Shown piece by piece: positions 27,588-35,621 of a stretch of DNA of 41,092 nt. A model generated the notes under the pieces. The model was given only the letters and a program-made list of their open reading frames with translations. It made no database searches and was not told where the DNA came from. A program made the translations under genes and the position numbers. Within the stretch, counting starts at the first letter, position 1, and every line of letters starts with the position of its first letter. Source of the stretch: a virus (Duplodnaviria > Caudoviricetes); the IMG/VR virus record IMGVR_UViG_3300032250_000406, positions 1 through 41,092 of that record, one strand, 5' to 3'.

Positions 27588-29031
27588 CGGTTATCTCCTC
27601 ATTAAAATCTATAGGTTCGCCTACAATATCATTGTCTTCCATGTAATCTACGGTTGTCCACTCTCTCCTGTCCTCAGGACGTACGTGCCTTTCTCTTGGC
27701 ACAGTATTAAGATGGGCGGCATTCATTAGATATCTAGCTGCGTCAATAGCATGGTCGTTCTTCTTAGGAATCTTGCCTTCGTCGTCTGTCGCGTACGTAG
27801 ACATCTCCTGAATTAAACCTTTGCATCGATCAGATATGATAAATAAATCTTCCAGCAAAAAGTCTTTCATTACTGAGAGCTTTTCTTCCTTCTTGTTAAC
27901 ATCCTTGTCACAAGGAGTGAGAGCTTCACGATATTCTGCCATAACTTCGTTGTAAAACCAAGTAGCGGCGTTGTCGTATACCTGATACCAATCATATCGA
28001 GGGGCTAGTTCTTTCATTTTTATTTTTGCTCGTGGGTATATCCTACGAGTAGACATCTCGATCTTGCGCTTTTCGTAGATCTCGTCCAAGATTATAAGTT
28101 TTTTAGTAAATACATTAACAGCAGCGAAAAGAGCAGCAAAGCAAGAAGATGACCCGGGATCATAGGCCGCATAGAACTTCCAGTCTTTAGGGTAGTGGTT
28201 AATTTCCGCCACTAAATCTGCATGGCGGTAAACGTGGCGAGAGTTTCCTATGAAATCTCCTTTCTCATCATAACGTGGGATCTCTAGCATTGGGAAGATA
28301 GCATTCGCACCACCGGGGACAATCTCGGCTTCGATCTCTCGCATATACTTAGCCCACTCGCCTTTGTTTAGGGCGGCTTGCTTTTCTAGTTCCAACTCCT
28401 CTTTATCGATATACGGGTTGGTGTGAGTCGGACGTTTAAAATAAGCTCCACGGGGGTCAAGCTTAAACTCGTCCTCAGTGCGAACAAAGAAATGATCAAA
28501 CAATTCTGGTGGCGTACCCACGATAAGCAGAGGAGCCTTTTTCGCCAAAAGGTTATCCGCAAAACCTTGATGGAATCTATAGTCATGATCTTTAAACTCA
28601 TCATAGATGGCTCCGTCTGGGTTGAATCCTCGACCGGCTTCGTAGTTGTCTGAACCCACTAGCTTAATAAACGAACCATTCTTAAATACGATACGCTTAT
28701 CTGTCTCGTGGATTGAGTCGATGTACTTATCTTTGTTAGCTCCAAGGAAGTTCTGTAGTCGCCCGGGCTTCCAGATAATCTCGGAGGCTTGGTTGTAGTA
28801 AGGGGCTATGTAGTAGAACTGACCATTTGGTGTAGTCAGTGCCCATCGATATAAGACATAGATCGACATCTCGGTCTTGCCCCATTTACGACCACATCTT
28901 GTCATTACCCTACGTCTTCCTTCGTAGAATAGTGCGCGACCTACGGCCACTTGACCGGGGTGAGGCTGCCATACTGAATGAAGATCATGCAGTATGGTTG
29001 CAAGATACTGAGCGTCTTGGGTTATTGCCAA
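27571..29031 (-). CDS. terL: Terminase large subunit
   Basis: Walker A CGRKWGKT, Walker B AIYDE, motif III GTP, nuclease YDPG and DHAIDAARY. Confidence 0.95.
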   Translation of the reverse strand: MAITQDAQYLATILHDLHSVWQPHPGQVAVGRALFYEGRRRVMTRCGRKWGKTEMSIYVLYRWALTTPNGQFYYIAPYYNQASEIIWKPGRLQNFLGANKDKYIDSIHETDKRIVFKNGSFIKLVGSDNYEAGRGFNPDGAIYDEFKDHDYRFHQGFADNLLAKKAPLLIVGTPPELFDHFFVRTEDEFKLDPRGAYFKRPTHTNPYIDKEELELEKQAALNKGEWAKYMREIEAEIVPGGANAIFPMLEIPRYDEKGDFIGNSRHVYRHADLVAEINHYPKDWKFYAAYDPGSSSCFAALFAAVNVFTKKLIILDEIYEKRKIEMSTRRIYPRAKIKMKELAPRYDWYQVYDNAATWFYNEVMAEYREALTPCDKDVNKKEEKLSVMKDFLLEDLFIISDRCKGLIQEMSTYATDDEGKIPKKNDHAIDAARYLMNAAHLNTVPRERHVRPEDRREWTTVDYMEDNDIVGEPIDFNEEITDEFYD

Positions 29032-29198
29032 ACTTCGGCTCCAGTAATCGGATGGTATCCTACGAAGATCTTTTCTTTAGTAGGTGGAGCTATCAAATCT
29101 TGTAGTTCTTTGATTGCTTCGAGTTTTTCTTCAGCAGGAGCGTCTAAGTTTTCTACGTCCTTAATAATGTCTTCAATCTTTTTAGCTTTTTTTGCCAT
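29022..29198 (-). CDS. Small hypothetical protein (58 aa)
   Basis: MAKKAKK start with AGGAG RBS; C-terminal GYHPITG. Confidence 0.75.
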   Translation of the reverse strand: MAKKAKKIEDIIKDVENLDAPAEEKLEAIKELQDLIAPPTKEKIFVGYHPITGAEVWQ

Positions 29199-29583
29199 AG
29201 TTAATCTCCTGTAGTGCATATTTGCGATTTAGCTGACAGTGCAGATGAGGCCCTGTGCCATGTGGTTTATAAACTATTAATTGAGGTGCGTTGCCCGAGA
29301 CAGCTCCGTATTTGTTGTACTTCTTTCGGAAGTAAGCACAGAGTTCAGCGATAAGAGATTCAGGTAAATCTCGTACGCGCACATCCCAAGCTCTTCTTGT
29401 CCTGTGAGTATCAGATTGCCTTCCAAGCTCCTTGTCTTCTCGATGATCTGAGCAAGTTGCTGTAATGGTGAGTTCGATTCCATAAGTTTTCTGACTCCAT
29501 TCGTCCATCTCAGTAGCTATCTTCTGCGCAAGTTCATGCATATCTGCAAATCTCGCAGCAATTACGTCATCTTTAAATTTCAT
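29182..29583 (-). CDS. Peptidase M15-like (Hedgehog/DD-peptidase fold) zinc enzyme, probable endolysin
   Basis: SDTHRTRRAWD (H-x6-D) and GPHLHCQ (HxH) zinc-ligand pattern. Confidence 0.75.
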   Translation of the reverse strand: MKFKDDVIAARFADMHELAQKIATEMDEWSQKTYGIELTITATCSDHREDKELGRQSDTHRTRRAWDVRVRDLPESLIAELCAYFRKKYNKYGAVSGNAPQLIVYKPHGTGPHLHCQLNRKYALQEINYGKKS

Positions 29584-30089
29584 AACAGTTCTTCTTCCTC
29601 TTTTATGTCCAACTCCGTATTAACATCGTTTATACGGACTTCAGTATACTCGGCATCTATAGCAAATGGGTCAGATGCTAAAGCCTTAACGGCTTCATCA
29701 GGCTTAAGAAGCTTAAACTGCTTAAGATCTATGCTGATATCTACCTTCTTATTGTTGTTTCCGTACTTATCTGGGTTGTCTGCCTTAGCTAAGAACTGCA
29801 GTTTATCAAACTTTAAGCGTTCAGAACCTACTTCGTCCTTGGCATAATCGAAATCCACAGTCTCAGCGATCTTAGATACCCAAAAGTCAGCTCTAATCTT
29901 ACGAGCTTCCTCTACATCCTTGATAAAATCGCGGTCTTCTACCATTAACTTTATGTAAAGTGGCTTGGGGAAACTAAGAGTATTTAAAGCTACGTTCTCT
30001 GAGTACCCGTTTGTGATTAACTCAATGTATTTATTCTTGAGTTCTTTGAGGTCTACCGAGGACGCAGGTACAATCTGCGAGTTGCTCAT
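29580..30089 (-). CDS. terS: Terminase small subunit
   Basis: N-terminal HTH-like region, EEARKIRAD...RLKFDKLQFLAKADNPDKYG as in Sf6-type TerS; first gene of the late arm. Confidence 0.75.
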   Translation of the reverse strand: MSNSQIVPASSVDLKELKNKYIELITNGYSENVALNTLSFPKPLYIKLMVEDRDFIKDVEEARKIRADFWVSKIAETVDFDYAKDEVGSERLKFDKLQFLAKADNPDKYGNNNKKVDISIDLKQFKLLKPDEAVKALASDPFAIDAEYTEVRINDVNTELDIKEEEELL

Positions 30090-30095
30090 TGGGTA

Positions 30096-30125
30096 ATAAT
30101 AGCATCCTAGGAAATGGTGTGACAA
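30096..30125 (-). promoter_or_regulatory. Leftward sigma70-type promoter TTGTCA-N18-(TGc)TATTAT; predicted leaderless terS mRNA
   Basis: -35 at 30125-30120, extended -10 TG at 30104-30103, -10 at 30101-30096; A of ATG (30089) is the 7th base after the -10. Confidence 0.65.
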
Positions 30126-30250
30126 GAATATAATAGTTGATTAATTATGTAGGGTAATTTTAGAAAAAATTGGAAAAATTTTTATATGGGTCTATATAAA
30201 CACAAACACATTGGGACGCGTTGAGGGGGGTAAAAATTTTTTAGCTTACC

Positions 30251-30335
30251 GCAGCAACTATACGCAGCAACTATATGCAGCAGACCATAGCAGCAGACTT
30301 ATGCATTAGACATACGCAGCAACCGTACGCATTAT
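30251..30335. repeat. 13-bp tandem array (GCAGCAACTATAC-like), 6 copies plus a partial, in the divergent control region
   Basis: Units start at 30251, 30264, 30277, 30290, 30303, 30316 and 30329. Confidence 0.92.
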
Positions 30336-30613
30336 GCCTTTCTGATTAATGTCTCGCGGTTATTCTGATAGTACTTTTGTGATGTGATATCTAGTGGAGA
30401 GTCGGGACAATAAAAGAGAACTAACGTCATGCGGATATTTCACATGAGATAGTGCTAGTACTTTAGGTTTCCCACCCCACGGAAACGCGTGTAAAAAAAT
30501 CGTATGTCAAATAATTGTGAAACAATAACTTTATCTATTCCGCGCAGCTTTTAAAATATTTAATAACTATCTTCCCAATTAATCCCCAATCTAGCACTAT
30601 TTTCTCTTTTGTG

Positions 30614-30642
30614 TTGACCTTTCATACTTTTCACATTAGATT
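30614..30642 (+). promoter_or_regulatory. Rightward early sigma70-type promoter TTGACC-N17-TAGATT
   Basis: -35 at 30614-30619, -10 at 30637-30642, T-rich upstream element; precedes the first rightward gene. Confidence 0.65.
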
Positions 30643-30671
30643 AATACTATCTTTTCAATAACTGAAAAGAA

Positions 30672-30683
30672 AAACTGGAGAAA
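30672..30683 (+). promoter_or_regulatory. AACTGGAGA extended RBS motif before first early gene
   Basis: AAAACTGGAGAAA; GGAG is 8 nt before ATG 30689. Confidence 0.7.
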
Positions 30684-30688
30684 TTTAA

Positions 30689-31042
30689 ATGAATCAAGCA
30701 ACTATCTCAACGGCTATCGTTCAACCCACTAAACCAGACTCTATTAATGACACTCAAGTCTTATTTAAGCTATCAATCCAAGTCATCGGCATTAAAAAAA
30801 GATGTCGCAAGTCCGAACGTCACTTTTTCCAACTAGGTCATATACCTTACAACGAAGGCAACTATGACCACGAAGCTATGAAGCAAAAAGCCCGTGACTT
30901 TCTTGATACTAACATGAAAGAGATCAATTCAATCGTTCGCCTATGCCTTGACCACGTAGTCATTAAGAACGAAGGCAACTTTACAGTGACTCAATGGGAA
31001 CCATTCTCAAAGCTCAATAAGTCTTTTGACTTCTCACTTTAA
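30689..31042 (+). CDS. Hypothetical early protein
   Basis: 117 aa with RBS and upstream promoter. Confidence 0.85.
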   Translation: MNQATISTAIVQPTKPDSINDTQVLFKLSIQVIGIKKRCRKSERHFFQLGHIPYNEGNYDHEAMKQKARDFLDTNMKEINSIVRLCLDHVVIKNEGNFTVTQWEPFSKLNKSFDFSL

Positions 31043-31063
31043 TCAATTAAGGAAAACCACACT

Positions 31064-31783
31064 ATGAAAACTAAATTTAAAATGCTTCTCACTACTCAAA
31101 ACGCTAAAACATCTAAAGGAGAAGATTTAGGATATCTTACGGGCATTCTCTATTTAATCCCGTCCGATAAGTCTAACCTAGTAAACGTCTGCAAGTTTGC
31201 CTCTAAAGGATGCAAGCAATCTTGTCTAGAATCTGCCGGACGTGGAAAGTTTAACAGCGTTAAAAAAGCAAGACTTGCTAAAACAGAACTATTTGCTACT
31301 AACCTTGAATATTTTATGCAATCGTTAGCTTATTCCATCCACAAAGTCATCAGACAAGCCAAGCGTAAAAACCTCACTCCCTGTATCCGTCTCAATGGTA
31401 CTAGTGACATCTCTTATGAAACTATCAGAAATTCCAAGGGTCAAAACATTTTCGAGATGTTTCCAGATATTCAATTTTATGACTACACTCCTGATTTTAC
31501 CCGTACCAATGCTTTTCTTGGCAAGTGGAAAAATTATCACTTAACCTTCTCACGTAAAGAGTCACGTGCTAACCACGTACAGGCTGAAAGATTGCTCTCT
31601 ATGGGCGTAAATGTTGCCGCTGTCTATCTTGACTTAGACAAAGTACTCAAGACCAATGCCAAGGCTGTTAATGGTGACTTTCATGATCTTCGTTTCCTTA
31701 ATCCTAACAATGGTTCAATCATTGCTTTGAAGGCTAAGGGTGACGCTAAAAAAGACCTATCGGGATTCGTTATTAGAAATTAA
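31064..31783 (+). CDS. GP88-family (radical-SAM-like) phage protein
   Basis: NAKTSKG, CKFASKGCKQSC (Cx6Cx3C), IRLNGTSD, QFYDYT, NYHLTFS, GD.HDLRF motifs. Confidence 0.8.
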   Translation: MKTKFKMLLTTQNAKTSKGEDLGYLTGILYLIPSDKSNLVNVCKFASKGCKQSCLESAGRGKFNSVKKARLAKTELFATNLEYFMQSLAYSIHKVIRQAKRKNLTPCIRLNGTSDISYETIRNSKGQNIFEMFPDIQFYDYTPDFTRTNAFLGKWKNYHLTFSRKESRANHVQAERLLSMGVNVAAVYLDLDKVLKTNAKAVNGDFHDLRFLNPNNGSIIALKAKGDAKKDLSGFVIRN

Positions 31784-31795
31784 TAGGAGAAAATT

Positions 31796-32002
31796 ATGCT
31801 GTCATATTATTTAGGTAAATTGCACGTTAGCAAGTCAAACTATCAAGCGATTAAGTTTATTATGTCTAAGATGAAAAAAGATAGTAGAAAAAAATTCTAT
31901 GCCTCTCCCATTGAGACTAGAAAAGCATTCTATCGTGAAGTCATAAGAATTCATGAAAACAATTTAAAAACATACGTTAGCGTTATGACAGGAAACTTTT
32001 AG
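31796..32002 (+). CDS. Small basic hypothetical protein
   Basis: 68 aa, TAGGAGAAAA RBS. Confidence 0.8.
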   Translation: MLSYYLGKLHVSKSNYQAIKFIMSKMKKDSRKKFYASPIETRKAFYREVIRIHENNLKTYVSVMTGNF

Positions 32003-32012
32003 GAGAAAACAT

Positions 32013-32186
32013 ATGATTAAAATTAAATCTTTCATGATCAATGGCACTGGATACACAATAACCATCGAAATCAATGGCGATACTATCAAGGCAAATACTT
32101 ACTTCGATTATGACGGCTATGACAAAATAGACATCGATGGAAAGACTTATGAACTAGTTGGCCTATCTTACTTAAGAGAGGTATAA
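32013..32186 (+). CDS. Small hypothetical protein (57 aa, MIKIKSFMING...YLREV); not in ORF track
   Basis: Read manually; TAGGAGAAAA RBS; fills the gap. Confidence 0.8.
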   Translation: MIKIKSFMINGTGYTITIEINGDTIKANTYFDYDGYDKIDIDGKTYELVGLSYLREV

Positions 32187-32187
32187 A

Positions 32188-32400
32188 ATGGGATTTATCA
32201 ATAGTGACGGTTCTTTGAATGCCCTCAAAGTAGCGAATCAAATTAAAATCACCGCTAAGGGCATAGATGACTCGATTTATTATTGCTTCGATGAGCTTGA
32301 AAACGAGAAACGATTGATAGCCTTGGAAGCCTATAACAATTTATTAACCTTGGCGAATGCCATTGAAAGGGAAGAAGATGAATTCTTTAATGAAGCTTAA
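32188..32400 (+). CDS. Hypothetical protein
   Basis: 70 aa, GAGG RBS. Confidence 0.75.
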   Translation: MGFINSDGSLNALKVANQIKITAKGIDDSIYYCFDELENEKRLIALEAYNNLLTLANAIEREEDEFFNEA

Positions 32401-32650
32401 AAAGATTGAACTAGTAGAATTATATGAGAATGAACAACAAAGAGCCGATGAACAATGCGACAGAGCAGAACGACTGCAGGATGAACTAGACGAAGTCGAA
32501 ACATATGAGGATGAATTCCACGAGCTGCAGGAAATTAAAGATCTTTTAGATCTTATCAAAATTGCCAAGGAAAGGGACTATCTCGGAGTAGCTACCGCGC
32601 GCGAGGACTTCGACAAAGCATTCGATAAACTAATGGACTATGCAAACTAA
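32378..32650 (+). CDS. Acidic coiled-coil hypothetical protein
   Basis: Highly E/D-rich helical ORF; start uncertain (32357/32378/32390). Confidence 0.75.
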   Translation: MNSLMKLKKIELVELYENEQQRADEQCDRAERLQDELDEVETYEDEFHELQEIKDLLDLIKIAKERDYLGVATAREDFDKAFDKLMDYAN

Positions 32651-32664
32651 TAGGAGAAAATTTT

Positions 32665-33261
32665 ATGATCAAAACATTTACCGACAAAATCACCCAAAAA
32701 GTCATTACCTATAAAGACACGAGTCTTTTCACAATTGAAACGCGATCAAAGTATAACTCGCGCGTAGTGAAAAAAGTTTTCCAGTCCTCTGATATTCAGC
32801 AAGCTTTAGACGAATTTTATGATTTAGTAGTCGCCTCAGGACATTACAAATATTTCTATATGAGACCACTAGACAAGTCCGAGAGTGAAACTCTTATCTT
32901 GCGCATGAAAGGCTATTCCTCTCAAGTAGCAGTAGAAAACATGGTATTAAAAGAAAAGAGACCTAAAGGCAAAATGAGTACTGTAAGCATAGCGAACCTG
33001 ACCAATTGTCCGGCAAGCTTGGCAAATAAACTATCGAGTGAAGATTTTGATCAATACCCTGTGAGTATCTCGCGCTGGACTACTTCGAAGATAGTTTACT
33101 CATTGCTCGCGTACGCGATGTCATTACCTCAGGAAGAAAAATTAAAGCTCTTGCGCGAGGCAGATAAACAGCTATTGATTCACAAAGAATTATCTGGATT
33201 TTCTATAGAAGAAGAAAGTCTGATCAAAGTGGATTTAGTCACGAGGGATGATCTTTTATAA
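32665..33261 (+). CDS. Hypothetical protein
   Basis: 198 aa, TAGGAGAAAA RBS, ends DDLL. Confidence 0.85.
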   Translation: MIKTFTDKITQKVITYKDTSLFTIETRSKYNSRVVKKVFQSSDIQQALDEFYDLVVASGHYKYFYMRPLDKSESETLILRMKGYSSQVAVENMVLKEKRPKGKMSTVSIANLTNCPASLANKLSSEDFDQYPVSISRWTTSKIVYSLLAYAMSLPQEEKLKLLREADKQLLIHKELSGFSIEEESLIKVDLVTRDDLL

Positions 33262-33299
33262 AAAATGCCAAGAGACACACACTATTAGTCCCTTGGCAT
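33260..33299 (-). terminator. Rho-independent terminator on minus strand
   Basis: AUGCCAAGGGAC/GUCUCUUGGCAU 12-bp stem with a G-U pair (A-C mismatch on the plus strand), followed by a U-run. Confidence 0.75.
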
Positions 33300-33338
33300 A
33301 ATTATCCGACAGGGAAACTGGAGATAACCTTGAAGGAT
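33260..33338 (-). ncRNA. Candidate trans-acting small RNA with anti-RBS seed UCUCCAGUUU
   Basis: Bounded by a minus-strand promoter and terminator; seed (33324-33315) is complementary to five AACTGGAGA RBS sites. Confidence 0.65.
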
Positions 33339-33344
33339 CTTTAC

Positions 33345-33373
33345 AATTTAAATCAAAGCTTTTAACCTGTAAA
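33345..33373 (-). promoter_or_regulatory. Leftward sigma70-type promoter TTTACA-N17-TAAATT
   Basis: -35 at 33373-33368, -10 at 33350-33345. Confidence 0.6.
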
Positions 33374-33378
33374 TCTTT

Positions 33379-33388
33379 AACTGGAGAA
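33379..33388 (+). promoter_or_regulatory. AACTGGAGA extended RBS motif before the NTPase gene
   Basis: TAACTGGAGAAAA; GGAG is 6 nt before ATG 33393. Confidence 0.7.
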
Positions 33389-33392
33389 AATA

Positions 33393-34919
33393 ATGGAATA
33401 TGACGAATTAAAACGAAAGCTTTTCCCCGATTTGTTTCAGATACTCTTTGATGAGTTTCACGTGCAGATATCTCCTGCAGGTGCGATCAAGATAAACTCT
33501 GAAAAGATTGATCATAAAAACTTTACAAATTGGTATTTAGCACTTTGCAAGGAAGATAAACTTCGTAAGTTTGCCGAGCTGTTGACTGTGTCGCCCACGG
33601 CAAATGTCTTTTTTGAAGACTTTAGACGCGGATTGAAGTTTCATCAGTCAGAAAAGAAAAAATCTAACATGCGCGGACTTGATGTCGTGAAGGACTTTAT
33701 TTACTCTGATCTCATCCCTTTTATTTCTATCGAAAACGCGAAGCTTATGATGTTCTATAATAAGAATACTGGCGAGATCCTGCCTCTGGATTATCAGACT
33801 TATGAACGCACTGAAGACAAAGATCACAGGACTCCGCTAGTACGCGCGATCATCAAGTTTAATCCTTACAGGCCTGAGACAATTTATGTATCGGAGAGTG
33901 ATTATGGAAAAGAATGTACTCATATCAACACATTTAAGAGACCTGAATGGCAATTACCGCGAGAATTATTATTGGAAGAAAGAAAAGAGTACTGTAAACT
34001 TCCCACTGTTATTGACTCTTTTATGCGTCATTTATTTCCTGACGACAATTGCCGCGACTATGTTTATGATTGGCTTCATTACGCACTAGCAAAGAGATGT
34101 GAAACTTATCTCGTGCTGAATGGCGCGAAGGGTATTGGTAAAGGTATCTTCACTGACCATTTATGCCGCTCCCTTCTTGGCAAAGAAAACTTTGTTATTG
34201 CTCCCCCAGGTGCGCTTGAATCAAACTTCAATGCTATTTTAAAAGATAAGCGCATGATCGCATTCGATGAGTTTCGTATCGATGACGAGGACAAAATCAA
34301 TAAGCTAAAACGATACATAAACAGAGACCAAACGATCGAACATAAGGGCGTGGACATTGGTAAGACAATTGAGACATTTAACAGTTTTATTATATCTTCT
34401 AATTCTCTCTCTGATATGCGCATTGCTTGGGACGATAGACGTTTCTCGGTTGTAGACATCTGCCAAACAAAGCTAAACGAAGTATGGTCAAAAGAGCAGA
34501 TTGAAAACTTAATCGAAGAGCTTGAACCTACGTCTAAGACTATGCAGGAATTTGGCTATTGGCTTCTCTATCGTTCAGCTCGTGAGAATGAGTTCGCAGT
34601 ATTTAAGGGCAAGCATTTCTATAAACTTTGCTATAGCTCACTCCCAGAGTGGTCTCGTGTTGTTATTGACGAGATCCTTGGGGCGAAGTCTGACAGCGTA
34701 GACGATGCTCAATTGAAACTAGCATACAAAGAGTCTAATCCTATGGGTAAGTTTCCTAATCCACATAAGGTTGAAGACTTTTTGAAGAACTACAAGCACG
34801 AAGGAAAGTATTATCTCGGAGAATTTAAGCGTGACAATCGGTCATGGTATATCCAAGTAGACAGGCACTTTTATAAATCCGCAGATAATACAGGTATCGA
34901 GTGGGAGGATTTATTTTAA
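33393..34919 (+). CDS. Replicative helicase-like P-loop NTPase (SF3/DUF5906, primase-associated type)
   Basis: Walker A GAKGIGKG, Walker B IAFDE, IISSN, arginine finger DDRRF; FNPY and HINTF motifs upstream. Confidence 0.85.
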   Translation: MEYDELKRKLFPDLFQILFDEFHVQISPAGAIKINSEKIDHKNFTNWYLALCKEDKLRKFAELLTVSPTANVFFEDFRRGLKFHQSEKKKSNMRGLDVVKDFIYSDLIPFISIENAKLMMFYNKNTGEILPLDYQTYERTEDKDHRTPLVRAIIKFNPYRPETIYVSESDYGKECTHINTFKRPEWQLPRELLLEERKEYCKLPTVIDSFMRHLFPDDNCRDYVYDWLHYALAKRCETYLVLNGAKGIGKGIFTDHLCRSLLGKENFVIAPPGALESNFNAILKDKRMIAFDEFRIDDEDKINKLKRYINRDQTIEHKGVDIGKTIETFNSFIISSNSLSDMRIAWDDRRFSVVDICQTKLNEVWSKEQIENLIEELEPTSKTMQEFGYWLLYRSARENEFAVFKGKHFYKLCYSSLPEWSRVVIDEILGAKSDSVDDAQLKLAYKESNPMGKFPNPHKVEDFLKNYKHEGKYYLGEFKRDNRSWYIQVDRHFYKSADNTGIEWEDLF

Positions 34920-35278
34920 TGAAAATTCATCACATGTTTCCACTTATGGAAGTGCCTTTTGATGCCTATTGTTTGCTTCTGGATTCATACTCTAAGCAAC
35001 TAGAGCAGTTTGTCCCTAGCACGCTAGAGGAGGATCTTAAATCTGGCAAATTAAACGCTATGGTTTACTGGTATCCTCGACTAGTCTTGAAGCTTTATAA
35101 TTTTGCTTACGAAGGATTAGACTTTAGAGGATATTTAGACGTACTAAATCCGCAAAATGTCTACCTATTCGAAGAAATATTTAAAGAAACTGTAAAAAAA
35201 CTTGATAACCTAAGAGAAAAAAGATTCAATAATAATCACCTCGATGAAATTCAGGTAAAAAACGGAAAACTAATTTAA
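34919..35278 (+). CDS. Hypothetical protein
   Basis: TAATG-coupled start with GGAGG RBS. Confidence 0.75.
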   Translation: MKIHHMFPLMEVPFDAYCLLLDSYSKQLEQFVPSTLEEDLKSGKLNAMVYWYPRLVLKLYNFAYEGLDFRGYLDVLNPQNVYLFEEIFKETVKKLDNLREKRFNNNHLDEIQVKNGKLI

Positions 35279-35287
35279 AACTGGAGA
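35278..35287 (+). promoter_or_regulatory. AACTGGAGA extended RBS motif before the lipoprotein gene
   Basis: AAAACTGGAGAG; GGAG is 6 nt before ATG 35293. Confidence 0.7.
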
Positions 35288-35292
35288 GAAAA

Positions 35293-35478
35293 ATGAAATC
35301 AGCAATCTTACTCGTAGTAATGGTAATCGTATTTTCGTCATGCGGAAGAAACTCTGATACTTGCAGAAATCGTGAGACAATGAGATTAGAATGCAGAGCT
35401 GTGAACCAGCCTACGTATGGCTATTCTTATTCTCAGCGTATGTGCGACGAATCTTATTCAGCAGATCGTTGTTATTAA
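35293..35478 (+). CDS. Small lipoprotein (possible superinfection exclusion)
   Basis: MKSAILLVVMVIVFSSC lipobox; four further Cys. Confidence 0.8.
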   Translation: MKSAILLVVMVIVFSSCGRNSDTCRNRETMRLECRAVNQPTYGYSYSQRMCDESYSADRCY

Positions 35479-35621
35479 TGAAAGCTCTGATATTAAATGC
35501 TATCGTAATGGCTTTTTGTGCTAGATTTTTCTACGTCCAAGGTCTCAAGGACGCAGATTTTGACAGACAAAGAGCCAATACTAAACTTCAGGAATGCATT
35601 GAAATAGTGAGGGATAAATGA
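35478..35621 (+). CDS. Small membrane-anchored protein (47 aa)
   Basis: TAATG-coupled start MKALILNAIVMAFC. Confidence 0.65.
   Translation: MKALILNAIVMAFCARFFYVQGLKDADFDRQRANTKLQECIEIVRDK

Noticed and set aside
30251-30335. Mini-CRISPR array
   Set aside because: The 13-bp units are contiguous with no unique spacers, and there are no cas genes; the Cas4-like nuclease is a typical phage replication-module enzyme.
33330-33365. TTG micro-ORF (MKDLYNLNQSF) behind the GGAG at 33320
   Set aside because: Possible but weak start, and it does not explain the minus-strand promoter plus strand-specific terminator; retained only as the alternative to the sRNA model.
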